Origin: Somniosus microcephalus
Lineage: Eukaryota
Direction of reading: 5' to 3'
DNA: 64,000 nt
Assembly: GCA_052327205.1 (NCBI GenBank)
Contig: CM126207.1
Coordinates: 227,912,001 to 227,976,000, forward strand
Below are positions 23,150-35,479 of this stretch, in pieces. How positions within the stretch are numbered: the first letter of the stretch is position 1; each line of letters opens with the position of its first letter. The notes under the pieces were generated by a model, which saw only the letters and a program-made list of their open reading frames with translations, searched no databases and was not told where the DNA came from. Both the position numbers and the translations under genes were made by a program.

Positions 23150-26100
23150 GTGAGTTCGAATAAAAGATAAAATAACGTCGCCATCTGCAGGAAGGTTCTG
23201 CTGTGCTGTGCAAATCACCAAATCCTATTCATGTCCAAAATAATTGTTCTTGAAAACATGCCTGCCTTTTTGTCTTATTTTAAAAGCTTTTGTCTTAATG
23301 CATTAACGACTTTACCAGGACTTCTCCAACGGGCTAAAAATAACGTTTTAAACTGGGACTGGTATATTTCGACTCCGTTGTGTTGGTGTCCCTGTGTTTA
23401 AAAGGTCCAGGTATTTTGAACTATTTGAAGCAAATCTTTTCTTCTTGTAACAGGATCATGCTGTGGGTGTGTCATTGTTTTCTGAATCAATTTTAAATCA
23501 CAAAAAGTTTGCATAAATGTAGTGTGTGTGTATAACAGGCGACCACCGCAATAGAGTAAGACCAGCGCGGGGTACAGAGAAAGTGAAAGGGTTTATAAAA
23601 TGGAGCTGCTCATTCACCGAGCACAAGTCTCCGTCCCAATGGGCTCTGATTGGAGAACCGCCGAGCTCCGAACCTTGAGACTCGGGAACTCGCCTAAAAA
23701 GAGAAGAAAATAGAGCCGAGCCGCGGCTTCTTGTATTTGTTTGGGAGCAGATTGGAATCAAATGCTTTGTTTCCTCGTCGCCTGATGGTGAAGACGTGTG
23801 ATGAGTGAAATGAGTGTCCGGATATGTCCCTTTCCCGCTGTGTGTAGCTTTGCGGGAAGTGCTGAAGTAACAGTTCCACGTGGTGCTGCGAGTTGCTCCT
23901 GTCCGAGCACCTTGAGGACCGCTCCTTTCATCATTCACTCCAGAGGCGCCCTTTCCCCCCAGCTCCCCCAAATGTCGACATAAGCTTAAAGGTTTCGGCC
24001 ATCGACCCCATTCTCATACTTGCAACACCCAAATCTCTTTGTTATGCCCAAGTCTTGGCAACGTAATTCGAATATCACCCGGTCTATACTATTAGAAAAA
24101 AGTGCACCAGTGAGATGAACGGCGCTGAATTTACCGCCTGATCTAACGCCCCTGCTCCACATTGCTGAGAGTAGGATTCATTGGTCTGCTCTGAGCTGGT
24201 AGCTTTTAACAGCAAAATGTCGGAGAAGCTGAAGAGGTTGGAGTCATTCACCGCGGTCACTGTATCTCTCGAATCTCACTTACCAGTTCGATTAAAAGGT
24301 CGATCTGAGTATATTGTTGAGCGATGTTGAACACTAAACAGAAACTATGGTGATATTTCTCATCCACTCATGGGTGGAAGTTGTGTAAAGCCCGTGCATT
24401 TTCACACACACTCACTTTGCTGTCTTAGAATTTTTAAACAATTGCTCTTGGAAAGAGCGGGCACAGCCTCGATGGGCCGAATGGCCGCCTCCTGTGCTGC
24501 CCTTTTCTATTCTCTGGACCGATACACTTCAAAATATCACGTCATAAATAATTGATGAAAAGTAACCGTCCTTCTGTCGGGTTTGACTGATTAACAATCC
24601 GGAACGTGCTTATTCGCTCCAAATTGGGGGACCACATCCAGTAACAAATTGTTCCAAATAACAAATTAGATTGATCGGAAATTATGAGTGTCGTTTCAAA
24701 ACTTGGAAAATCAAGTTGATCTCAGAAAAAGGATTCTGAATACTACGAACGACTATTTCATAAAATCCTGTGTCCCGATTTCACAGTGCAATGGGATTCT
24801 CTTGTACAAGACAGTCAGTCTTTCGCTTCTTCGTGCATGTATTGGCATACAGACGTTATATTATCTGATTTATACGTTGACTCGGCACTGCCACATAAAA
24901 TCTGAATGTGCATGAAGTTTTCCCTATTCTCCAGCTGCTCTTGCACAGGATCTCCCGCCCCGCGTGGCTGGGAAATTTGCACCAGATTTCTCTGCACTGG
25001 AACACAAGTAAACTTTTGATGCATGTGAGTGGGCGAATATAAGGCCAAGGAGGTTCTACCACATAGGGGCACTCGGGAAAGTCTGTTCCTAAGCCAGTAG
25101 CCCCCCTCCCTTAGTAAAGCCCAGGCCTTTAGTAGAAAGAGCCATGTCGTTACAATACACAGTTGTTCCATCGTCTCAAGGAGAATATGGTTGCATTTTG
25201 TAATTTATTTTTTTAAAGTGTAACTATCTTTCAATAGAGTGTTTATTTCTGGTGACAGTCACTGCATATTTATTGCGTGATTATGCATCCGCATAACAGA
25301 CTTTTTCAGCAGTGCCCAATATGATACTGACTCCTCGCAAAAGAAGATCCAAACAAAACTGCACAAACTATAGCAAATATGAATCTTAATTTATATGAGT
25401 GAATTCAAGACCTTAACCTTTTTGCGGACCAAGTTGATAGTTAAAAGCTTCTTTTGGTTTCTGATGTCATGGGGACTCCGTTAATTACATTACTGCCTTG
25501 TAACTAATCCTGGCGAACAATTATACTCTCTTAATTGCTTGCATGGGTATAAGCGAATCTTAAAACTTCTAGTCACTAAATATAAAATTAAGAAGTATCA
25601 TACGGTTAGCGTTTTTTTTGGGGGGGAAAGTCGCAAACCTTTAAAATGAGGCTTGAGATAGAAAGATGTGATATTGACAATCGGCTAAGATAACATGAAC
25701 CTGCATTTACGGTAAAAATGCAAGGGTTTGGGGGAGTCTTAAAGTGTTTTCGCTACACCGTACATTAAACTCTGTAAAATGCAAAGAACTCGCAGCAAAA
25801 GGTTCACGAGTCTTTATTCGGGAAACGCCACCGAATCGTTATTGTTGGGGAGGGTTCAGTAATACTTCATTGTTTTCAAATTCGATGCAGTTCATCGGTG
25901 AACTGTTGAGGTTTTACTGCTGTGCAATTGTAGCGTATATAGTTTGCCACGAAAATTCCCTCTTCGTCAAAAGGTTGGGGTCGAGACAATTCTGTAATTT
26001 CTAATTGCACCGTATTACAGGTTGGGCTCGGAGTCGCGCTGGTCCTTCTTTCTGGCTTAACCCTAACCCTAAAACAATTTTAGAATTTTTAAAGGATCAT

Positions 26101-26576
26101 GAGATGTGCCAATACTTTTATTTCACTTGTCTCATTTACGCTCCGGATAAAATCTTACAGCTATAGGGAAACATTATAAAAGTACCCCGATTATATAGTG
26201 CCTTCGCCACCAGGACATCACAGGGAGGATGCAGAAAATATCCCTGACGACAACGAGACCTGGACTCTTGAGGCGCGAACTCCCCTAATCTGGTTCCCCT
26301 GTAAACCTGCTTGTTCGCGGGATATGAAGATGGATTCTAGAAAACAAATCTTGTATGTTGGATTTTTTCCTTGATTAAGATCAATTATTTGGGAATACCT
26401 TTTTGTGTAATATAAATACATTTTGTAACTTGGATTTTGAGAAAAAATAATTCGTTTTGAAATTTTAAAATTCCCAATCTCTGTAGAATTCTACACAATT
26501 TTATATGATTCCATTCGATCTTTGGACTGCAATGTTATTTGATACCCAGACACTGAAACCTCGTTTTCTTTTGCAG

Positions 26577-26630
26577 TCTGGTCGATCATTGTTCTCACTG
26601 GAGGGATCGTGTCGACACAAAAGGCTCAAG
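26577..26630 (+). CDS. NETO2: NETO2 coding exon 2 (signal peptide)
   Basis: ttgcag|..|gtgcgt. (V)WSIIVLTGGIVSTQKAQ, cf. human VLLITVLVVEGIAVAQKTQ; 54 nt, phase 1 to 1. Confidence 0.85.
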
Positions 26631-28512
26631 GTGCGTTTGTAATTTTGTTTTAACTGCTATTAGGTCAGTTGATTGTATTGAACTGTTTAGGAACATTAGT
26701 AGATAGGAATTTGTAAAACAAAACAAGATGTTTTATATCAGCTACCATGTGCATTGTAAATGTGGAATGTACTACGCCTCATTTATTGCATTAGTGGGAT
26801 AATACAGTGCACTGGCTGGAGCAGCCTGAAATGTATCACCACTCCGACATTAGAGCCCGGCTTGTGTCGATCTGCCATCTCGCAGGCGTTTATGTTAATG
26901 TAGCACCGTCTGATCCGGTCACCAGTCCCGCAGGTCCTCGTCCCAAAAGATTCAGAAATGGAACCAGCGCATTTTAGGTCACCGCTGCTAAATAAGTGTG
27001 CATTGGTGGCTGGCAGAGAGCACGACAGCCACTTACTATCTGTGTATCGGCTACTAACCATTCACGTGTCAACTATTTACTAGCCATTTACGCCCGTATA
27101 TCGGCTGTGTGCTATCAGGACCGGTCTTCGATATTGATGTCTGTGTGGCCACAAGGGGCTCCGCGCCTGTGGTCAGAACCTTCCTGCACTGCGCTCCGGC
27201 CATCCAACGACTTGACCATCTATTCCCGTGTCCCTAATTGGTCTTGTGTTAATGAATTGTTCTCCATTTAGGGTTATCGATTTTCAGTAGCTTAAGTTGA
27301 AAAATGAAAGATCTGTTTAAATATCCTCAATAACAAACAGCGGACGGGACACTAGAGACCAGGGCGAATCCTCTCTTTGTCAGAAGATAATCTTTGCCCA
27401 TGTTTTTTCAATATAAATGTTTAAATTAAAGAGAAAGCATTTTTTCACCTTTTTATTTTAAAGAATCCTTTCATAGCAAATAGGGAAGTTGAACCCAATG
27501 CATAGAAAAATTGGTTTGGTTTCCCTCATATGCAATTACGTCTTTAAAAAATTGTAATAGAATAGTTGTTGCTACTGGGGCAATTAAAATAAACCTCGCC
27601 TGGTTTCCATTCCCCAGGCTCTTTAAAACAAGAGGCAATAGATTATTTCCATTTTCCAATTTAAAAAGTTCAAAGAATTCTTCCACTTTTAAATAAAACT
27701 ATACCTCAGCAGAAAATAGACTGAGATATTTTAAAAGAAAAATTAAAGGAATCCAATGAAAATTATTTTTAATTGGTGGTGTTTTTGAAACCCTTTATTG
27801 AAAAAGAAACCCCTTAATGTTAGATAGAGGGCAGAACACCATGGACAGACAGAATAGCAGAATGGCAGTTCCCTGTGGTGCTCCTAGAAAACAAACTAAA
27901 ATTTATTTGTCCCAGTTCTAGATTATTTGTTGATACTGGTTGAAAGAAGTTTTAAAATGTAAAGAAATATAATTATTTCCTAAATGGACAACAGGAAGTT
28001 TTCAGTAAAAGTAAACAGATTCATTGTCCTTTTCAGATTTAAAAAAAATGATGTCTATGTTCATTAGTGTTTGACAGAGTCTAATGACTTATAACAACAT
28101 GTTTAATCAGTTCAAGTGGTACCATTCTTCAGTACTTGCATCTCAGATCTGAATAATTTATACAGGAAGCTTTGGCAATTATATATGTTGATCAAGACTA
28201 AAGGATCCCCAAGACATCTGCTCCATAGGGCTTTGTAACGTGTAAAGCAGACTCTGTGCAACATCCATATGCTCGGTGTAATAAAGTTTCTTATAGCTCA
28301 CTTAGTAGATTCTTTGCTACTGAGAGTTTCAGCTTCTTACAAATGCACACAAACTAGACATTGACTTTAGAATGGGTACAAAAGTGGTTGTATTTAAAGG
28401 CAGAATGTGGGTAACTTATTATTCTAATAGTTGGACAGTACATAATAATCCCAGAACACAATGGTTTGTAGTCTGCCTGTTATACAATCATACCAACATT
28501 GTTATATTACAA

Positions 28513-29281
28513 AAGCAAAATACTGCAAATGTTGGAAATCTGAAATAAAAACAAAAATGCTGGTCAGCATCTGTGGAGAGAGAAACAGAGTTAAGGTTTC
28601 AGGTCAATGACCTTTTGTCAGAACTGGAAAAGTTAGAGATGTAACAGATTTTAAGTAAGTGCAGGGGCAGGGAAAGAGGGAAGGGGAGGAAAGAACAAAA
28701 GGGAAGGTCTGTGATAGGGTGGAAGGCAGAAGTGATTAAATGACAAACGGTATGATAGTACAAAGCAAAAGGAGATGGGACAAGTAAACAAATAAAAGAT
28801 GAGTCTAGGTGAGGTGTAAATGGGAATGGCAAAATCATCAACAGCTGCCATGTGAAAAAATAGGGGCAGAGGTTATAGTCTGAAATTGTTGAACTCAATG
28901 TTGAGTCCAGAAGACTGTAAAGTGCCTAATCGAAAGATGAGGTGCTGTTTCTCGAACTTACGTTGAGCTTCGTGGAACAGTGTAAGAGGCCGAGGACCGA
29001 GAAGTCCGAGTGGGAGTGGAGTGGAGAATTAAAGTGGCAGGCGACCGGAAGTTCGGGGTCACGCTTGCAGACTGAATGAAGGTGTTCCGCAAAGCAGTCA
29101 CCCAATCCGCGTTTGGTCTCCCCAGTGTAGAGGAGACCACATCGTGAGCAGCGAATACAGTATACTAAATTGCAAGAAGTACAAGTAAATCGCTGTTTCA
29201 CCTGGAAGGGGTGTTTGGGACCCTGGACAGTGGGAAGGTAAAAGGGCAGGTGTTGCATCTTTCCACAGATGCTGCCTGACC
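28513..29281 (-). mobile_element. Penelope-like element (GIY-YIG endonuclease 3' part plus terminal region, short inverted end)
   Basis: ORF FTCTSCNLVYCIRCSRCGLLYTGETKRGLGDCFAEH is a PLE GIY-YIG with CxxC. 14-bp TSD ttgttatattacaa at 28499-28512 and 29282-29295. Inverted stub ccacagatgctgcctgac at ~29263-29280. Confidence 0.92.
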
Positions 29282-30687
29282 TTGTTATATTACAATTCCT
29301 TTCCAAAAAAAGTATCCTGCCATAGCTATTTGGGTTTTAACTTATAAATTTTCCTTCAGTCCTTTTAGAATCATACCACAATTATTTACTTGCTGTAAAT
29401 CATATTTTACAAAATACATATTCAAATTCAATAGAGATTTGATTAGTCTGCCTCTTGATGATCTCTTTCTTATTTGAAATTGTGGTGGGTCTAAACTGTG
29501 TTTGTTTACTTCCGGACTTGAGTCACTGTTCCACTGTCAAGGTGGCTTGTTGTGTCTGTCTTTACTGATGCTGGCGTTTCTGCTACATACATTTCCACAG
29601 GGGCACAAGCTTCTCAAGACAGAATTTGTGTTCCAGTTTTGACCACAGTCTATCAGAGACATATGTGATATTAAAGGCTTCTTGTTTTGTCATTTGAGAA
29701 TTATTGCAAGTATCACATGAAGATATGTAGAAGTTGAGTTCAGCATTCATGGCAAGTCAGTGTACAACATCTCTGGCTTAGCACAAATATCCAGTAATCC
29801 CAAATGGCTGTAATGAATTTTCTGCAGCATCTCTGCCTTTTCATCCCTAGGGTTGATAACTCTATTCCCTTTGAATGTGATCTCATCTTGAACAGAGAAT
29901 TCATATTGGAAATGGTAGCATTCTTAATCTCAGAAAGAATATATTTTTTGTATTTTGGGCATTTAGTCGGAGTTTTAAAATGGATTTTAGGTGCTATTTT
30001 GAGATACCAAGATACTTTACCATGTTGATGTTTTTGATCTTTTCAATGAACTCACTAAGTACTGCATAATCATTGTCTTTCTATGGCTTTCTCTGTCTGT
30101 TAAACATTGCAGCAATGTACATATCCATTACTTGCTTGTATTTCACTTTCAGAGGGTACAGCATTCTTCGTAGTCATTTGGTTGCAGATAATAATGCTGT
30201 CCAAGGACTTACAATGAGTCTCACCTCTGTTCCATACACAGTGGTCAAATCACTCACCCTATACATTATGGCAAACATCTCTTTCTCATTTGTAGCTAGT
30301 TGCCTTCTGCTGGAGTGACTGCTTTTGAGGCATATTCCACTGGCTCTTTACATCAAAGTAACACACAGATCTAATACTTTTGTATCACACTGATGTTCAG
30401 ACTTCTTCACATCATAATACTTAGGAACCAAATGATTTGATTTCATTTACAGATTGGTCGTGGGTGTCTAATCACTGTCGTTCCATACTTGATCTTTTAT
30501 AAATCTAAGTGGTTCAACAAATATGGCAGAAAGGTTGAAGATAGATCACTATACTGAGGTACTTAGTGAAGAGACATTATTTGGTGCATGAATCTACAGG
30601 ATAGCTTTAACTTTCATTCAGTCATAACAGTTAACATAGAAATATAAAATAAAAACAAAATGCTGGAGATACTCAGCAGGTCAGGCA

Positions 30688-30830
30688 TAGAAACATAGAA
30701 AAAATAGGAGCAGGAGTAGGCCATTCGGCCCTTCGAGCCTGCTCCACCATTCAATATGATCATGGCTGATCCTCTATCTCAATACCATATTCCTGCTCTC
30801 TCCCCATACCCCTGGATGCCTTTTGTGTCT
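30688..30830 (-). mobile_element. CR1 3' tail fragment
   Basis: atagaaacatagaa...ggagcaggagtaggccattcggcccttcgagcctgctcc, the same tail as at 3745-3870. Confidence 0.88.
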
Positions 30831-31009
30831 GCTCCGGCCTGGCCAGTTTTAGTTAAGCTCATAGCTCGTGCACTGTAATGGCATAATAAAGCTTTATCAC
30901 TATCATTATTAACCAAAAGCCACTTAAAAAATAGACACTTTAGCCTAGACTTTCCAAATTGGTATTATTTCACTGACTGACGACTTTAAGAATAAGCCAA
31001 TTGGAAAGA

Positions 31010-31297
31010 AGAAAAAGCTTGTATTTCGGTAGCGCCTTTCATGACCTCGGGATGCCCCAAAGCACTTTACAGCCAATGAGGTACTTTTGCAGTGTAGTCA
31101 CCGTTGGAATGTAGGAAACGCAGCAGCCAACTTGCACACAGCAAGCTTTTATCAAACAGCAATGATGATCTGTTTTAAGTGATGTTGGTTGAGGGAATAA
31201 ATTTTGACCAGGACACCAAGGAGAATTTCCCTGCTCTTATTCAAAACTCTTCTTCGTCCACCTGAGGGGGCAGACGGGAATCTCGCTTTATCGTCTC
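31010..31297 (-). mobile_element. DeuSINE (SacSINE1/AmnSINE1-related) fragment with L2-type tail
   Basis: The reverse strand has gagacgataaagcgagattcccgtctgccccctcaggtggacg...aagagcagggaaattctcc (Deu domain, recalled) and an aaggcgctaccgaaatacaag L2-like tail. Confidence 0.7.
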
Positions 31298-31585
31298 AGC
31301 ATCTGTGACGAAAGAAACAGAGTTAACGTTTCAGGTCGATGACCTTTTGTCAGAACTGGAAAAAAGCAGGAAATGGAACAGATTTTTAAGCAAGTGTGGG
31401 AGCTGGGAAAGGGGGGAGGGGATGAAAGAACAAAAGGGAAGGTCTGTGATAGGATAGAAGGCAGGAGAGGTTAAGAGACATTAAGAGATATTCAAGGCAA
31501 AAGGAGATGGTAATGGGACAGGTTAAGAAACAAAAGATGGCTCTAGATGAAGTGTAAATTGCATAGAAACATGGAAATATATATT

Positions 31586-32343
31586 GGGGCAGAAATTCCT
31601 CCCCAAACGCGGGAGTACGGAAGGGGTACTTGCGTGTCTGGCCGGAGGAAATGCCGGTTTTCAGCATGCACAGCGCATGCGCTGAAAACCGGCATTTCCT
31701 CTCCTGTAACCCAAGAGGTGAAGAGGCTAGCGCGTGCGCTGTAGGGGGCAGCACGTGCGTCTTGGATTTCCTCTGTTTTGGGAGATTTGCGCATGTGTAA
31801 AGGCCTCCGGTCTTTACGCTTGTAAAAAGCACACATATTTATTTTTACAGGTAAGTGGTGTTTTAGTGCAATTTAGAATTTTTTTTCCCACAGTTTTATT
31901 ATTTTAAAGAATCTACAATAAGGTAAGTTTAGTTTTAAACCCTGTTTATTAAAAATTTATTTTTTTCAAAAAAAAAAATTATTGTTTAAATTTTTTAAAA
32001 CTTATTTATACTTAATTTAATGATTGGGATGTTTTTTAAAATTTTATTTAAAGTTTAAGTAGTGTTTTGGGGTGCAGTACTTCTCATGAGTTTGACAGTT
32101 CTTACTCTCAAACTTATGAATGAAGTTTCCCCTCCCCTGATTGGCTGAACAGTGCTCACCTGATCCCAGCCGGCACATCGCACTAACTACGCCGCTGGGT
32201 CAGGTTAGCACAGCACGCCGACATCAGAACCGGGCCACTGACAGGAAATCCACTGCGGGCCAGGTTTCAGATGTCGGCGCGCCGGGTAAGTGCACATCGG
32301 GGGCTTGCACGCGCGGCAAGCCCCCGACACCAAGTTCTGGGCC
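31586..32343. mobile_element. Harbinger-type MITE with internal palindromes
   Basis: TIRs ggggcagaaattc / caagttctgggcc, TSD ATT/ATT, hairpins at ~31647-31699 and ~32298-32326, AT-rich core. Confidence 0.85.
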
Positions 32344-33154
32344 ATTGTACCTATGTAAGCTGCAACTTAAGTATCTTCTTGTTTAACTGTAGACGTTTCT
32401 CTTCCAAGGTTACAAAATTGTTGCCATAATCTGCTGTGGCATTTTTAAGATAATTCCTTTTGCATAAACCAAAATGACATCTACAATTAATTCTAGAAAA
32501 CCCCAAGATTTTCATGCATACACTTTTAGTACACCTCTGGAGTGACACAGCAGAAAAAGTCATGCATGGCCACTGAAACCTACCAAATGGAATGTTGAAA
32601 ATCATCAATTGGCGTAATTCTTTGTCCAGCTTAACTTGCTAGAACCCATCTTGATACCTAATTCAGAGAAATTTGGCTTTGTGAATTTTGTGGCAATCTG
32701 TTCAACTGCTGATAGTAGGTGGTAAGACCTCTTAATTGTTTCAGTTAAATATGCAGAGTCAGTGCAAATCCTCAGGCTTTTCTGGCTTAACAACTGTCAC
32801 CATACTTGATATCCAATCCGTGGGTTTACTGATAGGAGCAAGTACCTCTGTTGTAATGTTAATCGATTGCTTTCTTCAGGGGCTTCTTCAACCCAATAGG
32901 AAATTTGTATGGATAATTTCACTACCAGTTTCACAAATTTGTCTATTTCAGTGTAGCATGTACTGTAGACCACTCAGACCTAAAAACCCATCATTGCATA
33001 CATTCAGAACTTCTTAGGTCACTGGTTTTTGTTAACAATATTTACATAATGACACGGTGTAACAGCTGGCAGCAATTTCAGAAAGTTTAATTTCTGACAT
33101 ATTTCTGCACCCAGCAGTAGTCAGAGAATCATAGATACTAGTGTAACATCCTTA

Positions 33155-33662
33155 TAGAGTCATAGTGATACAGCACAGAAAGAGGCCCTTCGGCCCATCA
33201 TGTCTGTGCCATCCATCAAGCCCTATCTATTCTAATCCCATTTTCCAGCACTTGGTCCGTAGCCTTGTATGCAATGGCATTTCAAGTGCTCATCTAAATG
33301 CTTCTTGAATGTTGTGAGGGTTCCTGCCTCTACCACCCTTTCAGGCAGTGAGTTCCAGATTCTAACCACCCTCTGGGTGAAAAAGTTTTTCCTCAAATCC
33401 CCTCTAAACCTCCTGCCCCATACCTTGAAACTATGCCCCCTGGTTATTGACCCCTCTACTAAGGGGAAAAGTTCTTTTCTATTTACCCTATCTATGCCCC
33501 TCATAATTTTGTACACCTCAATCAGGTCCCCCCTCAGCCTTCTCTGCTCTAAGGAAAACAACCCCAGCCTGTCCAGTCTCTCTTCATAGCTGAAGCACTC
33601 CAGCCCAGGTAACATCCTGGTGAATCTCCTCTGCACTCTCTCCAGTGCAATCACATCCTTCC
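33155..33662 (-). mobile_element. CR1 3' fragment, relatively young
   Basis: Open 140-aa frame IALERVQRRFTRMLPGL...TRGHSFKV...FFTQRVVRIWNSLP. Confidence 0.93.
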
Positions 33663-34277
33663 TTATCTACAATATGGGGTTCAAGATTGGGTATAATTCC
33701 TTCTCCAGTACAGTTCAATTTACATTTGCTTATTGGAGCCATCACATATCCATCATACAGTTTTGGCTTAGCTTTACTTCTTTGAGATAAAGATTTCTTA
33801 TAGCAAGCACATAATTTTTGTTAGGGAGTAGTTTGCAAGTTGCTGCATCCCTAACAGGTGAAATTTAACATCTACTTGCCATTGGCCCGCATTGTCTCAT
33901 TTGAAATAGATTTTTTTCAGCTTCTCCACTGCTGCGATTATGAATTTCTGTGCTTGTACAGTTTGCAGTTGTTTCTTTTACTGTCTCTTTGTCTTACACT
34001 TGGCAACAAATTATTTTTTAAAACTGCACTTGTTACATACACATCTATGTGAATGCTGGACATTGAAGGGACTATTTTCAAAATGTGCGCTACTGGTGGG
34101 GAGCCTTACCTGCTGGTCACACAAATTGGGAAATGGTTGGGACACTGCCAATGATTTACTGCCCATTATGGCCCTTGAATGTTACTGTTAGCATGTTTCT
34201 CTTACAAGAAGGTGGTTAGTTGATTCACCTCTAGTCAACTTGGGCATTTGTTTGCCGAATATTGTAACAGGTAGTTT

Positions 34278-34341
34278 ATGGGCAATAAATGCTGGCCTTG
34301 CCAGCGACACCTATATATCCAATGAATGAATAAATAAAAAA
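34278..34341 (+). mobile_element. 3' tail of a second LINE/SINE family
   Basis: gggcaataaatgctggccttgccagcgac...atgaatgaataaa is the reverse complement of the tail at ~51730-51790. Confidence 0.7.
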
Positions 34342-35479
34342 TACTTGACACTCTCCATTTGCCAAACTGTATGGGCAATTTGATCAATACTGAACTGTTT
34401 TGCTGTTCTTAACATATGAAGGTTGAGCATTGGCTCTCTCATCGGTCTCTCTGTTCTGGTTCCTAACACAATTGTACCACGAATCAGTAACTTCTTCAGT
34501 TCACTGGAATTACAAGTTCTGCGAGGTCCTTCAACACTGTTGCACAGTGATCAATCAATTCTCCGTTCTCGATTTCTTGCATTTAAAACATAGCTCATAT
34601 ATGTAGTATTCTTTTTTGACTGGCAAAGATTTTTGAATTCTCTAACATTTTATACTTTCCTCACCCACTGTATCCCATGGAACATGTGACATACAGTCCA
34701 ATGTTTGACAAGAATGAAGTCTCTCGAACACTTGTAGCTAGTTCCTAATTCACCTTCGCATAAACTTCTTCCAAATATGCGCTGGATTTCACTTTAAGAG
34801 TTGCCATTTTTGAGGCAGTGAATTTTAATTCTTGGACAGCAGTTTTAAACACCCCTGATATTTTGCAATGAGAGCTTTTCTAATTGGTTCCACCCAATTT
34901 ACAGGAGTAAATTGAGAAGATCTGATCAGACAATTTTGCAAAAGTTCTGTTACAACTGACTTCCGTCCTTTATTAACCTGCCCCGTTTTAAGTCTCACAC
35001 AGGACGCAGCTTCATTTAAATATTAATCTTGGGGCTTGGAGATCCTGCACATCATTTCACGATGCTCAGGTGTGCAGGACATCGATTTGTAATGGTGCCC
35101 ATGTGAAATGGGTGTTTAAGGTTGTCATGTAAAGACAAGTACAGGGAAAGAAACAGCAATGTTACAGCCAATATATTTAGTTATTTCTTAAATGCTGGCA
35201 TTTAGATTCTCATGAGCCTTTGTGATAATTGTTCTATTTTTGTTGCCCCTAGCCCCAGTACAGGCACCAATGACTTTCCAGTGAGAATCCCCTATCTAAA
35301 GAGTTTGCAATAAAAAGAGGATCAATAGAGAAATGCCAGGAAGGTCAGGTTGCACTCGAGGTGCTCAGTGCCTAACTGTCAGTATCTACACACCCGCAAC
35401 TGCAGACAGAAGTGACTATATCTCATTTTGGCAGATGATTAATGTCTGCGGAGGTTCCTATTCCAAAAGGGAAGTTGGG

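Larger units (their letters stand above)
22330..27360. promoter_or_regulatory. CpG-retaining, TE-free domain spanning the NETO2 promoter, exon 1, intron 1 and exon 2
   Basis: By eye, CG dinucleotides are much more frequent here than in flanking unique DNA, and no TE fragments were recognised. CCAAT boxes at ~23636-23760. Confidence 0.6.
30647..31567 (-). mobile_element. Penelope-like terminal fragment split by a 610-bp composite insert
   Basis: aatgctggagatactcagcaggtcaggc | agcatctgtg...gttaacgtttcaggtcgatgacc, homologous to 28513-28830. TSD aacatagaaatata (30633-30646) / aacatggaaatata (31568-31581). Confidence 0.85.
29500..34810 (-). mobile_element. Fragmented, highly decayed Ty3/Gypsy LTR retrotransposon internal region (gag-RT-RNaseH-IN)
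   Basis: Reverse-strand remnants in order: gag (~34430-34630: KNTTY..., GELIDH...LKDLA.TC..LIRGTIVLG), RT (~32450-32760: IKRSYHL..VEQIA.K, FNIPFGRFQW, VDVILVYA), RNase H (~30180-30430: KYYDVKK, PVEYASKAVTPAE, KEMFAI), integrase Zn region (~29700-29780). No LTRs recognised. Confidence 0.75.

Noticed and set aside
25019-25030. ATGCAT|gtgagt as an alternative NETO2 first exon
   Set aside because: A phase-0 donor would be out of frame with the phase-1 exon 2.
26058-26072. taaccctaaccctaa telomere-like repeat
   Set aside because: Only ~2.5 units; expected by chance.
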